A stretch of DNA of 64,000 nucleotides from assembly GCA_001794125.1 (NCBI GenBank), contig MGJF01000002.1:236514-300513 (forward strand), given 5' to 3'. Both the position numbers and the translations under genes were made by a program. The notes under the pieces were generated by a model. The model was not told the DNA's origin. It ran no database searches and saw nothing but the letters and a program-made list of their open reading frames with translations. Numbering within the stretch: position 1 is the stretch's first letter; every line of letters starts with the position of its first letter. Below are positions 1-9,421 of the stretch, piece after piece. The DNA comes from Candidatus Yanofskybacteria bacterium RIFCSPHIGHO2_01_FULL_43_32 (GTDB lineage Bacteria; Patescibacteriota; Minisyncoccia; 2-02-FULL-40-12; GWA2-44-9).

Positions 1-200
1 TTGTGGTCCACGGCGGGGGGTTGAGCGGTCAGGCCGGCGCCATCAAACACGGCATAGCCAGAGCATTGGTTGAATTTGACCTCAACTTCCGAAAAAAACT
101 CAAAAAGTCCGGCTTCCTCACCCGCGACTCCCGCATCAAAGAACGACGCAAGTACGGCCACAAGAAAGCCAGAAAAATGGGTCAATTTAGCAAACGTTAG
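1..200 (+). CDS. rpsI: 30S ribosomal protein S9, C-terminal part (5' truncated by window)
   Basis: [19 protein letters not shown]...[26 protein letters not shown], the canonical S9 C-terminus. Confidence 0.97.
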   Translation, partial: VVHGGGLSGQAGAIKHGIARALVEFDLNFRKKLKKSGFLTRDSRIKERRKYGHKKARKMGQFSKR

Positions 201-324
201 TTTGGTAAATTACCCGATTATTTTTCGCAGTCCCGTACCAATCCCGCCCTCTTTCTTAATGGCGGACAGCGGATAAGATTGGTGGCAGGGACAAGAAAAA
301 TGGGACAGTTCAGCAAACGTTAAT

Positions 325-368
325 CCTAATAATCAACGGCTCACATGTGTGAGCCGTTGATTATTAGG
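325..368. terminator. Palindrome with perfect 21-bp arms after the rpsI duplicate, probable terminator
   Basis: cctaataatcaacggctcaca-tg-tgtgagccgttgattattagg. Confidence 0.7.
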
Positions 369-445
369 CGGAAGAATGGGAGTTTGACCTCCGCCTCAAA
401 TTCTCGTAAGGTATGGCTAGAGTTTCTTTGAAAAGAGGCAAGGAA

Positions 446-901
446 ATGACTGCGAATGTCATCTTCAGTTCTCTTCAAATAGAACCTACCGAAAGCCAAA
501 TTGGCGATATAAACGCACTTTTAAAACAGCTCACGAGCAAACCTAAAGAAGTAAACAGGGTAGTCTTGAATGAAATTTTAAGCCAATCGGGCGTTTCTAT
601 TTTATTGGTTAAAAATTCGGAAGACAGAATTATTGCTATGGCCACTTTGGCTGTTAGGCGTTTACTTCTGAATAAGACCGCAATAATTGGGGATGTCGTG
701 GTTGATGAACAACACCGCGGAATGAAGTTGGGAAAAAGAATGATGGAATTTTTGATAAATAAAGCACGGGAAGAAAAGGTTTTATTTATCAGTTTAACCA
801 GCCACCCTCATCGTGAAGCAGCAAATCATATGTATCAAAGTTTAGGATTTGAACTTATAGGAAAGGTTGGGGAGAGTAACTATTACAGACTGCCGCTATA
901 G
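446..901 (+). CDS. GNAT family N-acetyltransferase
   Basis: IGDVVVDEQHRGMKLGK acetyl-CoA motif and AANHMYQSLGF; start placed at ATG 446 after a purine-rich leader. Confidence 0.88.
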   Translation: MTANVIFSSLQIEPTESQIGDINALLKQLTSKPKEVNRVVLNEILSQSGVSILLVKNSEDRIIAMATLAVRRLLLNKTAIIGDVVVDEQHRGMKLGKRMMEFLINKAREEKVLFISLTSHPHREAANHMYQSLGFELIGKVGESNYYRLPL

Positions 902-979
902 AGGCGGCTTTTGTTTATTGATTTTTGGGCAGAGAAGTGATATTTTTTATTGACACCGTTTTTTGATAAGATGATGACA

Positions 980-1180
980 ATGAAAGCAAAACTCGTCCTG
1001 CACCATGACGATCCGCCGTGTACGGCACGGCTGGATGCTAACGGCAATTGTCCGGAATGCGGAGTTCATCCGGACATGCAAAGCACCGCTTTTCATTACT
1101 ATTGTACCATCTGCCGGGTCCCGCTGAAAAACATGACCTGTATCGTCTGCAGAACAGCTTTCGAGAAGCCGGCAAAATAG
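980..1180 (+). CDS. Small Cys-rich putative zinc-ribbon protein
   Basis: CPECG, CTIC and CIVC motifs; followed by a hairpin and T-run; start uncertain (971-980). Confidence 0.6.
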   Translation: MKAKLVLHHDDPPCTARLDANGNCPECGVHPDMQSTAFHYYCTICRVPLKNMTCIVCRTAFEKPAK

Positions 1181-1219
1181 CCGGTTTTTAATTAAAATAA
1201 ATCCGCACAATGTGCGGTA

Positions 1220-1453
1220 TTAGCTTAAAGCTTTTGTTATAAGAGGCGACTTCATCTTTAATACTGCTCCCGGATCTGTCCTGTCGTCATAGTCCGTATC
1301 TACAGTAATCGACCCGCATACTATGCACCACCTGACAACATCACTCTCCATATCGCCTCCTGATTCATAAATTTTTACAAGCGTGTGTTTGCCATTTTTA
1401 CATTCTCTCTCAACAATTTTATCAACATTGGCCTTGTATTTTTCTCTTGTCAT
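1220..1453 (-). CDS. Small hypothetical protein with CxxC motif
   Basis: MTREKY... start after GAGAGG; WCIVCGS motif; the longer ORF upstream runs through a repeat element. Confidence 0.6.
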   Translation of the reverse strand: MTREKYKANVDKIVERECKNGKHTLVKIYESGGDMESDVVRWCIVCGSITVDTDYDDRTDPGAVLKMKSPLITKALS

Positions 1454-1520
1454 CGCAAACCTCTCACAAAACAGGACTTCGCTGATAATACCGCGATTTT
1501 TTATTCTAAGCAACTCATGA

Positions 1521-1603
1521 GCGGCAAATCTTTCTTGTCTCTCGGCATTATTTAAGAACCAAGCAAATAATGCCTCCGAGTCCTTCTCTGAAGGCACATG
1601 TCC
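1521..1603. repeat. Structured element family B, partial copy (AGAACCAAGC loop)
   Basis: Near-identical to 40929-41009 except for the inner stem, which differs but still pairs. Confidence 0.85.
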
Positions 1604-1628
1604 TTCGCTGCCATGTTTAATTACGAAA

Positions 1629-1734
1629 GGAACCCCGGTCGTCTTAAGACACATAAAGACCCTCGCGAAGGCGAGGGCGTAAGGTAGCTGAGGTTCAGCA
1701 GAACCGGAAGCGGGCCGTAGATGACCGGGGTTCC
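1629..1734. repeat. Branched palindromic element
   Basis: Closing stem ggaaccccggtcgtct/agatgaccggggttcc; inner hairpins ccctcgc-gaag-gcgaggg and ggttc-agca-gaacc. Confidence 0.7.
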
Positions 1735-1754
1735 TGGAGGATTATTTTCAAACA

Positions 1755-2576
1755 CTAATTTACTTCTACAATATTCAATCCGCCGCGTTTGTCTAACTCT
1801 ATGACCTTATATCCGCTTGAATCAACAACAATATGGTCGCTGTCGCGAAACCATGCGGCGTTATTTATTTTGACGGAGAATTTTGTTATCAATTCTTTGT
1901 CTCCGGCCTTGCGGTACGGCTGATAATCGGTATCCGAAAGCCACATCACCCAGAGTTCATTTTCGTTCCACCAAGTAATTTTTTTGCCGTCTGGCGATAC
2001 GACGAATCCGGCCACAAGATAAGCCAGACGCTCGGTCTCACCGTTTTCCATATTCTTAAATAAAACCCCGTTCTTGACATAGAAAGGTTCTGTTGATACG
2101 GGAACCGGCGAAGGAGCCGGGGTTTTACTTGGAGATGGTTTTGGCGCAGGTTTTGAACCCGGTTTTGGAGAAGGATATAGGAGTTCGGTTATTTCCTTCT
2201 TTAGGGCCACGGCTTTATCTCCCGATTTAGGAAGAAGCAGGATTCTGGAATAGTCGCTTACCAATCCTTCCTCTACGGGGACTTTTTTCTGCCATGAACT
2301 GAAATTATCTTTTTGCAGGCGAACCGTATACTGTCCCGGCAAAAGCCCGCTTATCGCATATGAGTTGCCGAAGAAAGACGTTGAATTTAAAAACTTATCA
2401 TTCAGATACACTTTTGCGTCTTCATTTGCTTTCACAAATATTGACCCCGTCCGGAAAAACCTCGCTTCGGAAAAACTGTATTTATATCCTTGAGCGTAAA
2501 GAATAATAACATAGCTCAACAAAACAAAGATAACCGCCGCCGAATAAAACAGAGCTCTTTTTGTTTGTTTAGTCAT
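1755..2576 (-). CDS. Membrane-anchored PEGA-like domain protein
   Basis: N-terminal TM, then TGSIFVK..AKVYLN..LLPGQYTVRLQKDNF, Pro-rich linker and beta-propeller-like tail. Confidence 0.75.
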   Translation of the reverse strand: MTKQTKRALFYSAAVIFVLLSYVIILYAQGYKYSFSEARFFRTGSIFVKANEDAKVYLNDKFLNSTSFFGNSYAISGLLPGQYTVRLQKDNFSSWQKKVPVEEGLVSDYSRILLLPKSGDKAVALKKEITELLYPSPKPGSKPAPKPSPSKTPAPSPVPVSTEPFYVKNGVLFKNMENGETERLAYLVAGFVVSPDGKKITWWNENELWVMWLSDTDYQPYRKAGDKELITKFSVKINNAAWFRDSDHIVVDSSGYKVIELDKRGGLNIVEVN

Positions 2577-2686
2577 TATAGAACCAGATAAGTTTAGCAT
2601 ATCAGCGGGCACCATTCAATGTTATGTCTTGCTTTTTTATTAAATTCATGATATAATATAACTATCGAAATCAAGGGAGGTGGAAA

Positions 2687-3022
2687 GTGATAAGTACCTT
2701 GGAAAAATTGGTCATGAAATTCTGCGTGATATCCATGCTCACAGGCGCGTGCCTGAACTACATCGTTCTTTTCGTCAACGACGGCAAAATGCCTGTCGAT
2801 ACGACGGAGCCGGTGATAAGCGAGCGGCATATCCCGATGAACGAGTCCAGCCGGCTGACCATGCTGGCCGACATCTTCCACGCGGAATTGCCCTATGGGG
2901 TCAAAGCCACATACAGCATCGGAGACGTGTTCATCTATTCCGGAGTGCTGACAGCCCTGATCCTCCTCACGGGGTATTTCTTCCTGATGCTGAAATACTT
3001 CAGTCGGCGTCTCATTTTTTAA
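2687..3022 (+). CDS. Small membrane protein, DUF5317-like
   Basis: LNYIVLFVNDGKMPV...LADIF...YSIGDVFI motifs; strong SD AAGGGAGG. Confidence 0.7.
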   Translation: MISTLEKLVMKFCVISMLTGACLNYIVLFVNDGKMPVDTTEPVISERHIPMNESSRLTMLADIFHAELPYGVKATYSIGDVFIYSGVLTALILLTGYFFLMLKYFSRRLIF

Positions 3023-3071
3023 TGGGGGATGCCGACTTTTATTTTTGTCCAAAAAATGTATCATATAGTGC

Positions 3072-4319
3072 ATGGATAAATTTGTTATCAACGGGGGAAA
3101 CAAACTCAAGGGCAAAATAGAGGTCAGGGGCGCAAAGAACGCCGCCCTTAAAATTTTTGCCGCTTCGGTTCTTACATCAGGAACCGTAAGAATAAAAAAT
3201 GTTCCAGAAGTGGAAGACATAGTCAGAATATCCGAATTACTGAAAAATCTTGGCGTTGAAGTTCTCCATCCCAAACACGGCGAGTATCGAATAACGGCCG
3301 CCAAAATAAAAACTTCGGCCATAAATCCGAAAATAGCCAAAAAACTCCGGGCTTCTATCGTGCTCACGGCTTCGCTCCTCGCCCGCGCCGGAAATGTTAA
3401 ATTTCCTCACCCGGGCGGATGCGTGATAGGCGAAAGGCCGATAGACATATTTCTGGACGGCTACAAAACATTAGGGGCAAAAATAAATTACCGCAACGGA
3501 CTTTATGAAATCAAAGGCAAGCTGATAGGCGCTAAATTTACGTTTAACAACGTAAGCGTCACCGGAACCGAGGCCATGATTATGGCCGCTTCTCTCGCCA
3601 AGGGCAAAACTATTTTAAAAAATTGCGCCTGCGAACCGGAAATAGAGAGTTTGGCAAATTTTTTAAATTCATGCGGAGCCAAAATCCAGGGAGCGGGCAC
3701 TCCTTTCATCGCGATTGAAGGGGTAAAGAGTTTAATTGGGGGCGAATATCAAACCATCCCCGACAGAATAGAGGCCGGAACGTTCGCTATTTTAGCGGCG
3801 GCGACAAAAAGCAATATTTTAATAAAAAATTGCGAGCCGGAACATTTGGATTCTTTGTGGAATGTATTGAGAAAGGCCGGCGTCCGTTTAAATATAGGCA
3901 AAAATCAGGTTGAGGTCATTCCTTCCGGATTAAAAACCGTAAACGTCAAGACCCATGAGTATCCCGGGTTTCCTACCGATTTACAGTCGCCTGTTTGTGT
4001 GCTATTAACTCAAGCAGAGGGTCAGGGACTGGTTCACGAAACAATTTACGAAGGGAGACTGCTCTGGACCGAAGAGTTAAAAAGAATGGGCGCGAATGTT
4101 TTGATGCACGACCCCCATAGAATTTCCATACAGGGACCGACAAAGTTGAGGTCCAGAAATATTGAAAGTCCTGATTTGCGGGCGGGAATGGCATATCTTA
4201 TCGCGGTGCTGTGCGCAAAAGGAAAGTCGGTTATCAATAACGTGTATCAAATCGACAGGGGATATGAAAAAATAGAGGAGCGCTTAAGAAAAATAGGGGC
4301 GGATATAAAAAGAATTTAA
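3072..4319 (+). CDS. murA: UDP-N-acetylglucosamine 1-carboxyvinyltransferase
   Basis: GAKNA, LRAS, PGGCVIGERP, YPGFPTDLQ, DLRAG, IDRGYE. Confidence 0.98.
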   Translation: MDKFVINGGNKLKGKIEVRGAKNAALKIFAASVLTSGTVRIKNVPEVEDIVRISELLKNLGVEVLHPKHGEYRITAAKIKTSAINPKIAKKLRASIVLTASLLARAGNVKFPHPGGCVIGERPIDIFLDGYKTLGAKINYRNGLYEIKGKLIGAKFTFNNVSVTGTEAMIMAASLAKGKTILKNCACEPEIESLANFLNSCGAKIQGAGTPFIAIEGVKSLIGGEYQTIPDRIEAGTFAILAAATKSNILIKNCEPEHLDSLWNVLRKAGVRLNIGKNQVEVIPSGLKTVNVKTHEYPGFPTDLQSPVCVLLTQAEGQGLVHETIYEGRLLWTEELKRMGANVLMHDPHRISIQGPTKLRSRNIESPDLRAGMAYLIAVLCAKGKSVINNVYQIDRGYEKIEERLRKIGADIKRI

Positions 4320-4322
4320 AAA

Positions 4323-5324
4323 ATGAAGAAAATAGGCATCGATCTCGGCACAACTAATACTGTGGTATTCATACCCAAAAAGGGAATTATCATCAATGAA
4401 CCTTCTGTTGTCGCCATTTCCATTTTAGACAATAAAATAATGTCCGTCGGCAATCTCGCCAAAGAAATGATAGGCCGGACGCCTGACAGTATTATCGTAT
4501 CCAAGCCGTTGATTGACGGCGCCATCGCCGATTACCGCGTTACGGGAGCAATGCTCCGTTATTTCATCAAAAGGGCCGGAGGATTCTTGAGTTTTGTTAA
4601 GCCGGAAGTTTTGATATCGGTTCCGGCAGGAATTAACTCCACCGAGAAAAGAGCAGTTATTGAAGCGGCGCTCAATGCGGGAGCCAAGGCGGTTTATCTT
4701 GTCAAAGAGCCGGTGCTTGCCGCCATCGGAGCCAAGATATCCATAAACAGTCCGGCGGGAAATATGATTTTGAATATCGGAGGAGGCACCACCGAAATAG
4801 CCGTCATTTCCCTCGGCGGAATTGTAACCTGGAAATCAGTCCGCATCGGCGGAAATAAGCTTGATCAGGCAATCGTTGAATATATTAAAAAGAAACACGG
4901 CCTGGCAATCGGCGAAAGAACCGCCGAACTTCTTAAAATTTCCATCGGAAGCGCCATGAAAGTGCCCGAAGAGGAAAAAATAAATATCAGAGGAAGAGAT
5001 CTTGCCACCGGCTATCCTAAAACAATTGAAATAACCACCAACGAAATCACCGAAGCCATCACCGAACAACTCCGGGAAATAGTCCAGATAATTAAAAGCG
5101 TCCTTGAAATAACCCCTCCGGAACTTTGCTCGGACATCATGGACAAAGGAATTCACATTTCCGGAGGCGGAGCTTTGCTTAAAAACATAGACAAGCTGAT
5201 TACCAAAGTAACAGGCGTTCCGGCAACGATTGCCGACGATCCGCTATTCTGCGTCGCCCGCGGCACAGGCATAGTTCTTGAGAACCTGGATATCTACAAA
5301 CGTAATGTTCTCGCAAAAAGATAA
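4323..5324 (+). CDS. mreB: Rod shape-determining protein MreB/Mbl
   Basis: [30 protein letters not shown]. Confidence 0.95.
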   Translation: MKKIGIDLGTTNTVVFIPKKGIIINEPSVVAISILDNKIMSVGNLAKEMIGRTPDSIIVSKPLIDGAIADYRVTGAMLRYFIKRAGGFLSFVKPEVLISVPAGINSTEKRAVIEAALNAGAKAVYLVKEPVLAAIGAKISINSPAGNMILNIGGGTTEIAVISLGGIVTWKSVRIGGNKLDQAIVEYIKKKHGLAIGERTAELLKISIGSAMKVPEEEKINIRGRDLATGYPKTIEITTNEITEAITEQLREIVQIIKSVLEITPPELCSDIMDKGIHISGGGALLKNIDKLITKVTGVPATIADDPLFCVARGTGIVLENLDIYKRNVLAKR

Positions 5325-5349
5325 AACCGCCAAATAAAAAGGCCGGCGA

Positions 5350-5745
5350 TTACGCCGGTTTTACCTTACCATGTTGAGTGATTGTTACCGTTCGACCGTC
5401 TGGGTCTCTCGTTTCAGCTAAAGTACAACAAAAATACATCTTGGGATTTCCCGGCCTTGAAACCGGAGTATCCATTTCCATCAGCTTCTTGAGCACTTCA
5501 GGAACATTTTCTACATCAAATCCCAGCCCGTGGGGGCTGACCACTGGCAATCCAGATTTCAACGGATGGATCTCAAAGAAAATTCTCTGTCCGCCATGCT
5601 CAAGAATATCAAGATAATGATACTCTCCACTCCACTCGCCTCGGGACTTCTGGAGGTTGAGTCCGATCGCATTATAGAATTCGGCTGTCTTGTCCATAAA
5701 TACCGAAAAAAGGGTGATACGACTTACAGCCACATCGATGGTCAT
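5350..5745 (-). CDS. VOC/glyoxalase-fold protein
   Basis: AEFYNAIGL, LGFDVENV and RDPDGRTV motifs. Confidence 0.75.
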   Translation of the reverse strand: MTIDVAVSRITLFSVFMDKTAEFYNAIGLNLQKSRGEWSGEYHYLDILEHGGQRIFFEIHPLKSGLPVVSPHGLGFDVENVPEVLKKLMEMDTPVSRPGNPKMYFCCTLAETRDPDGRTVTITQHGKVKPA

Positions 5746-5832
5746 TGCTTTCTCCCAATAAAAGAACTTGGACAAAGAATATCAGAATCCGGGACTCTTT
5801 GTAAACATTCCCGATTGTGATATTAATTACAC

Positions 5833-6924
5833 ATGAGAATCGCATTCGTGCATGACTGGCTGAACAACCTCGGCGGGGCCGAGAGGGTTTTGGTGGAACT
5901 CCACAAGATATTTCCGGACGCGCCGATATATGTCCTTTTTTCCAATAAAAAATTTGTCCGGGAATTTCTGCCCGACGCGGAAATCAGAGCAAGTTCTCTC
6001 CAAAAAATTCCTTTAATAAACAGATTATACAAATATTTATTTTTCCTGATGCCGCCGGCAATTGAGTCTTTTGACCTGTCTGGTTTTGATATTGTTATAT
6101 CTTCGTCAGTCATATTTTCCAAAGGTCTGGTTCTAAAACCAAAAACAAAACACATCTGCTACTGCTACAGCCCGACGAGATTTTTGTGGGACAGGCATGC
6201 TGAATATGAAAACCGGGGTGTATTGGCTGGATTGTCCCGTCATTTATTGAGAATCTGGGACAGGCAGGCTTCGGACAGGGTGGACAAGTTTATCGCCATC
6301 TCCGAGCATGTCCAATCAAGAATTAAAAAATATTACGGCAAAGAGTCACAAATTATTTACCCCCCAATATCCCCAACCTCATACCCGACACGCCGTGTCG
6401 GACATGAGAAATCTGTGGATAACTCGGAATATTATTTAATAGTAAGCCGGCTTTTTCCTCATAAAAATATAGACATTGCGATAGATGCATTCAATAAATT
6501 GGGGTACGAACTCGTGATCATCGGCGACGGACCGGCCAAGAACAACCTGAAAAAAAAGGCCGGCAAGAATATAAAAATCCTCGGATACAAAAAAGATGAA
6601 GAGGTTGGGAATTACTACCGCAACTGCAAAGCGTTCATCATGCCCCAGGAAGAAGATTTCGGACTGACACCTCTTGAAGCAATGAGCTTCGGCAAGCCGG
6701 TATTGGCTCTCCGGAAAGGCGGAGCGCTGGAAACGGTAGCAGAAAATATCACCGGAGAATTTTTTGACGACCCGATTCCGGAGGCGCTGGCCGACGGCGT
6801 CCGCCGCCTGAACAAGAATTACAAAAATTATAACCCCTTAATTATCCGGAAATGGGCCGAAAAATTCTCACGGGACAGATTCCGGAAAGAAATGTTAAAA
6901 TTAGTAAACGAAATATGCGGCTAA
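5833..6924 (+). CDS. Glycosyltransferase family 4
   Basis: HDWLNNLGGAERV and EDFGLTPLEAMSFGKPV. Confidence 0.95.
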   Translation: MRIAFVHDWLNNLGGAERVLVELHKIFPDAPIYVLFSNKKFVREFLPDAEIRASSLQKIPLINRLYKYLFFLMPPAIESFDLSGFDIVISSSVIFSKGLVLKPKTKHICYCYSPTRFLWDRHAEYENRGVLAGLSRHLLRIWDRQASDRVDKFIAISEHVQSRIKKYYGKESQIIYPPISPTSYPTRRVGHEKSVDNSEYYLIVSRLFPHKNIDIAIDAFNKLGYELVIIGDGPAKNNLKKKAGKNIKILGYKKDEEVGNYYRNCKAFIMPQEEDFGLTPLEAMSFGKPVLALRKGGALETVAENITGEFFDDPIPEALADGVRRLNKNYKNYNPLIIRKWAEKFSRDRFRKEMLKLVNEICG

Positions 6925-7799
6925 CCATTATTACAATCAACCACAATAGTTCGGAAAACACGATAAAACTTTTGGAATCATTAAAAAACCAGACCGAGAA
7001 AGATTTTGAGGTTATCGTTATAGATAACAACTCTGATAATGTAGGCAAACTGATGGATTATGAGACACCAGAAACCAACATAATTTACATAAAGAACGAC
7101 CGCAATCTGGGTTATTCGGGAGGCAATAATGCGGGTATCAAAAAAGCCCTTGAAAACGGGGCAGATTGGGTGCTTTTACTCAACAATGATACTTGGGTTG
7201 AAAGCTCATTTATAGAGCGTCTAAGGGCTGTTTTGGACTCTTCGGCGGGCTCAGGGCAAAGGGGCAAGGAAGGAATTATCGGCTTAGCTTTGGATGAAGG
7301 AAGCAGAACCTCTTTTGCCGGCCTGATTCAATGGTTAAAACCAACACTTATCCACATAACGACCTTCAAGGTCGTTAGTCCACGGGCTTATGCTATCGGC
7401 GGGGCGATGCTTATTCATAAGAATGTTTTTGATAAAACAGGATTTTTGGATGAGAATTATTTTTTGTATTTTGAGGACGCTGATTTTTGCCAAAGAGCCC
7501 GCAAAGCAAGGATTCCGGTATCTTTTCTATCCGAAATAAAAATCTCTCATTCCGTTTCCGCCTCAACCAAAAAACTGGGCTCGCCGATGCTTCTGCGGTA
7601 TCACTATCGTAATGCCCTCTATTTTAATTTTAAAAATGGGCCGTGGTATATTAAACTACTGACTCAGCCGTGGAGTTGGTTGATTGCTCTAAAACAAATA
7701 ATAAAAATAGTGATCGGCAAAAATAAGGAACAATCCCTTGCAATACTAAAGGGGGTGGGGGATTGGTATGCCGGCAGAATGGGAAAATTACATGATTAA
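6915..7799 (+). CDS. Glycosyltransferase family 2
   Basis: VIDNNS, NLGYSGGNN, LLNND, FLYFEDADFC. Confidence 0.93.
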   Translation: MRLTIITINHNSSENTIKLLESLKNQTEKDFEVIVIDNNSDNVGKLMDYETPETNIIYIKNDRNLGYSGGNNAGIKKALENGADWVLLLNNDTWVESSFIERLRAVLDSSAGSGQRGKEGIIGLALDEGSRTSFAGLIQWLKPTLIHITTFKVVSPRAYAIGGAMLIHKNVFDKTGFLDENYFLYFEDADFCQRARKARIPVSFLSEIKISHSVSASTKKLGSPMLLRYHYRNALYFNFKNGPWYIKLLTQPWSWLIALKQIIKIVIGKNKEQSLAILKGVGDWYAGRMGKLHD

Positions 7800-8901
7800 A
7801 AAAATCGGCATTGAGTGCGAGCCGATCGAAAACGACACTTGGGGAGTCGCCCGTCTTACAAGCAAACTCCTCGAAGAGATATCAAGACGTCCGGAACTCA
7901 AAAATAAGTTTGAGTTTTATTTATATTTTAAATCAAAAATCCCCGATTATTCTTATCTCAAAAATCCTATTTTTAAGAAAAAAATATTAAAACCTCCGAT
8001 TATTCCGGCCTCGTTCAGTTTGTATTATTATGTTTATCTTCCGATTTATTTGCGGTTCAAGCGGGTTGATGTAATGTTTTTCCCGAATTATATGCTCCCT
8101 CTGATATTTTCCGGCAAATCGGTGGTCATGCTTACCGACGATGTTTATTATGAATCAAGAAATCAAAAACTTCCATTGCGATACAGGCTGGCATACCGCG
8201 TATTTGCAGGATGGGCCGCCGGTCATGCTTCACAAATTATGGCAATTTCTGAAACTTCAAAAAAAGAACTGGTCAAATTATTTAAAATAAAGCCGGAACG
8301 CATCGTAGTAAATCATTTGGGGGCAGATGTTCCTGCAACACAAAAAACTGATAACAATAATAAATATATTTTGTATGCCGGACAGGCCTTTCCGCGCAGA
8401 CACCTTAAAGAAACCATTTTGGCATTTGAAAACATAGCATCGATCTTCCCTGATTTAAAACTAATAGCCATTGGACCCGATAAATACGAAACTCCGACCA
8501 TCAGCCCCCTTGTTTCTCAAGTTAACGGCCGACTCCACCGGGAAGCCGTCATCCACAAGGACCATGTTAAAGATGACGAACTGGCTGATTTATACGCCGG
8601 AGCAAAAGCTTTGGTGTATGTCTCCGACAGGGAAGCCTTCGGTCTGCCTCCGATGGAAGCGCTTTCATTTGGCGTTCCGCCGGTTATCGCTGATAATGAA
8701 CTGGGGCACGAACTTTTCGGCGAATACGCCTTTTATTCAAAAAGTGGCGAAGTTGATGATATTGCCGAGACAATCGGACAAGCGTTAACTGACAATCAGA
8801 AAATTGATAAAATAAGATCCGAAGGCCCGGAATTCGTTAAAAAATATAATTGGAAAAGTTTTGTGGACAGGTTTTTAAAGCTAATAGAAAATGATCATTA
8901 A
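7792..8901 (+). CDS. Glycosyltransferase family 4
   Basis: EAFGLPPMEALSFGVP (EX7E motif). Confidence 0.92.
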   Translation: MIKKIGIECEPIENDTWGVARLTSKLLEEISRRPELKNKFEFYLYFKSKIPDYSYLKNPIFKKKILKPPIIPASFSLYYYVYLPIYLRFKRVDVMFFPNYMLPLIFSGKSVVMLTDDVYYESRNQKLPLRYRLAYRVFAGWAAGHASQIMAISETSKKELVKLFKIKPERIVVNHLGADVPATQKTDNNNKYILYAGQAFPRRHLKETILAFENIASIFPDLKLIAIGPDKYETPTISPLVSQVNGRLHREAVIHKDHVKDDELADLYAGAKALVYVSDREAFGLPPMEALSFGVPPVIADNELGHELFGEYAFYSKSGEVDDIAETIGQALTDNQKIDKIRSEGPEFVKKYNWKSFVDRFLKLIENDH

Positions 8902-9421
8902 TATCGGTTCAAAAAATTTAATAAAAGTGGGGGCTGTTGAAGAAATTTTAAATGATTATCCTCACTTAAGAAAGGCTGAGATTATTGCCATAGAAGCATC
9001 ATCGGAAGTTGGTGATCAGCCTAAATCTTTAGAAGAAACAATTAAAGGGGCAATGAACCGCGCAAAAAACTCTTTTAATAATTGCGATTTTAGTTTTGGC
9101 ATTGAATCAGGTTTAATGGCCGTGCCTCATACAAAAACCGGCCATATGGATGTCTGCGTATGCGCTATATTTGATGGCAAAGAATATCATTTAGGACTTT
9201 CTTCTGCATGGGAAGCGCCCCAAAAGGTTGCTGACTATATGCTCAAAGAAGGTTTGGATATGAATGACGCCGCGCATAAATCGGGACTAACTAAAAATCC
9301 AAAAGTAGGTTCCGCGGAAGGATTGGTCGGAATAATGACGAGAGGCCGGTTAACCCGCAAAGAGTATACCAAAGAAGCCATAAGAACAGCATTAATTCAT
9401 ATAGACGTTGAGAATGAATAA
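8891..9421 (+). CDS. yjjX: Non-canonical purine NTP phosphatase (YjjX family)
   Basis: GSKN..KV.AV, QP.SLEET..GA.NRA, GIESG, GLVGIMT.G..TR. Confidence 0.88.
   Translation: MIINIGSKNLIKVGAVEEILNDYPHLRKAEIIAIEASSEVGDQPKSLEETIKGAMNRAKNSFNNCDFSFGIESGLMAVPHTKTGHMDVCVCAIFDGKEYHLGLSSAWEAPQKVADYMLKEGLDMNDAAHKSGLTKNPKVGSAEGLVGIMTRGRLTRKEYTKEAIRTALIHIDVENE

Noticed and set aside
201-293. Self-splicing intron in rpsI
   Set aside because: Too short, no group I/II core motifs, and the first copy already completes the gene
2594-3367. Long antisense ORFs (also 31373-32017 and 28533-29138)
   Set aside because: Shadows of well-supported genes on the opposite strand
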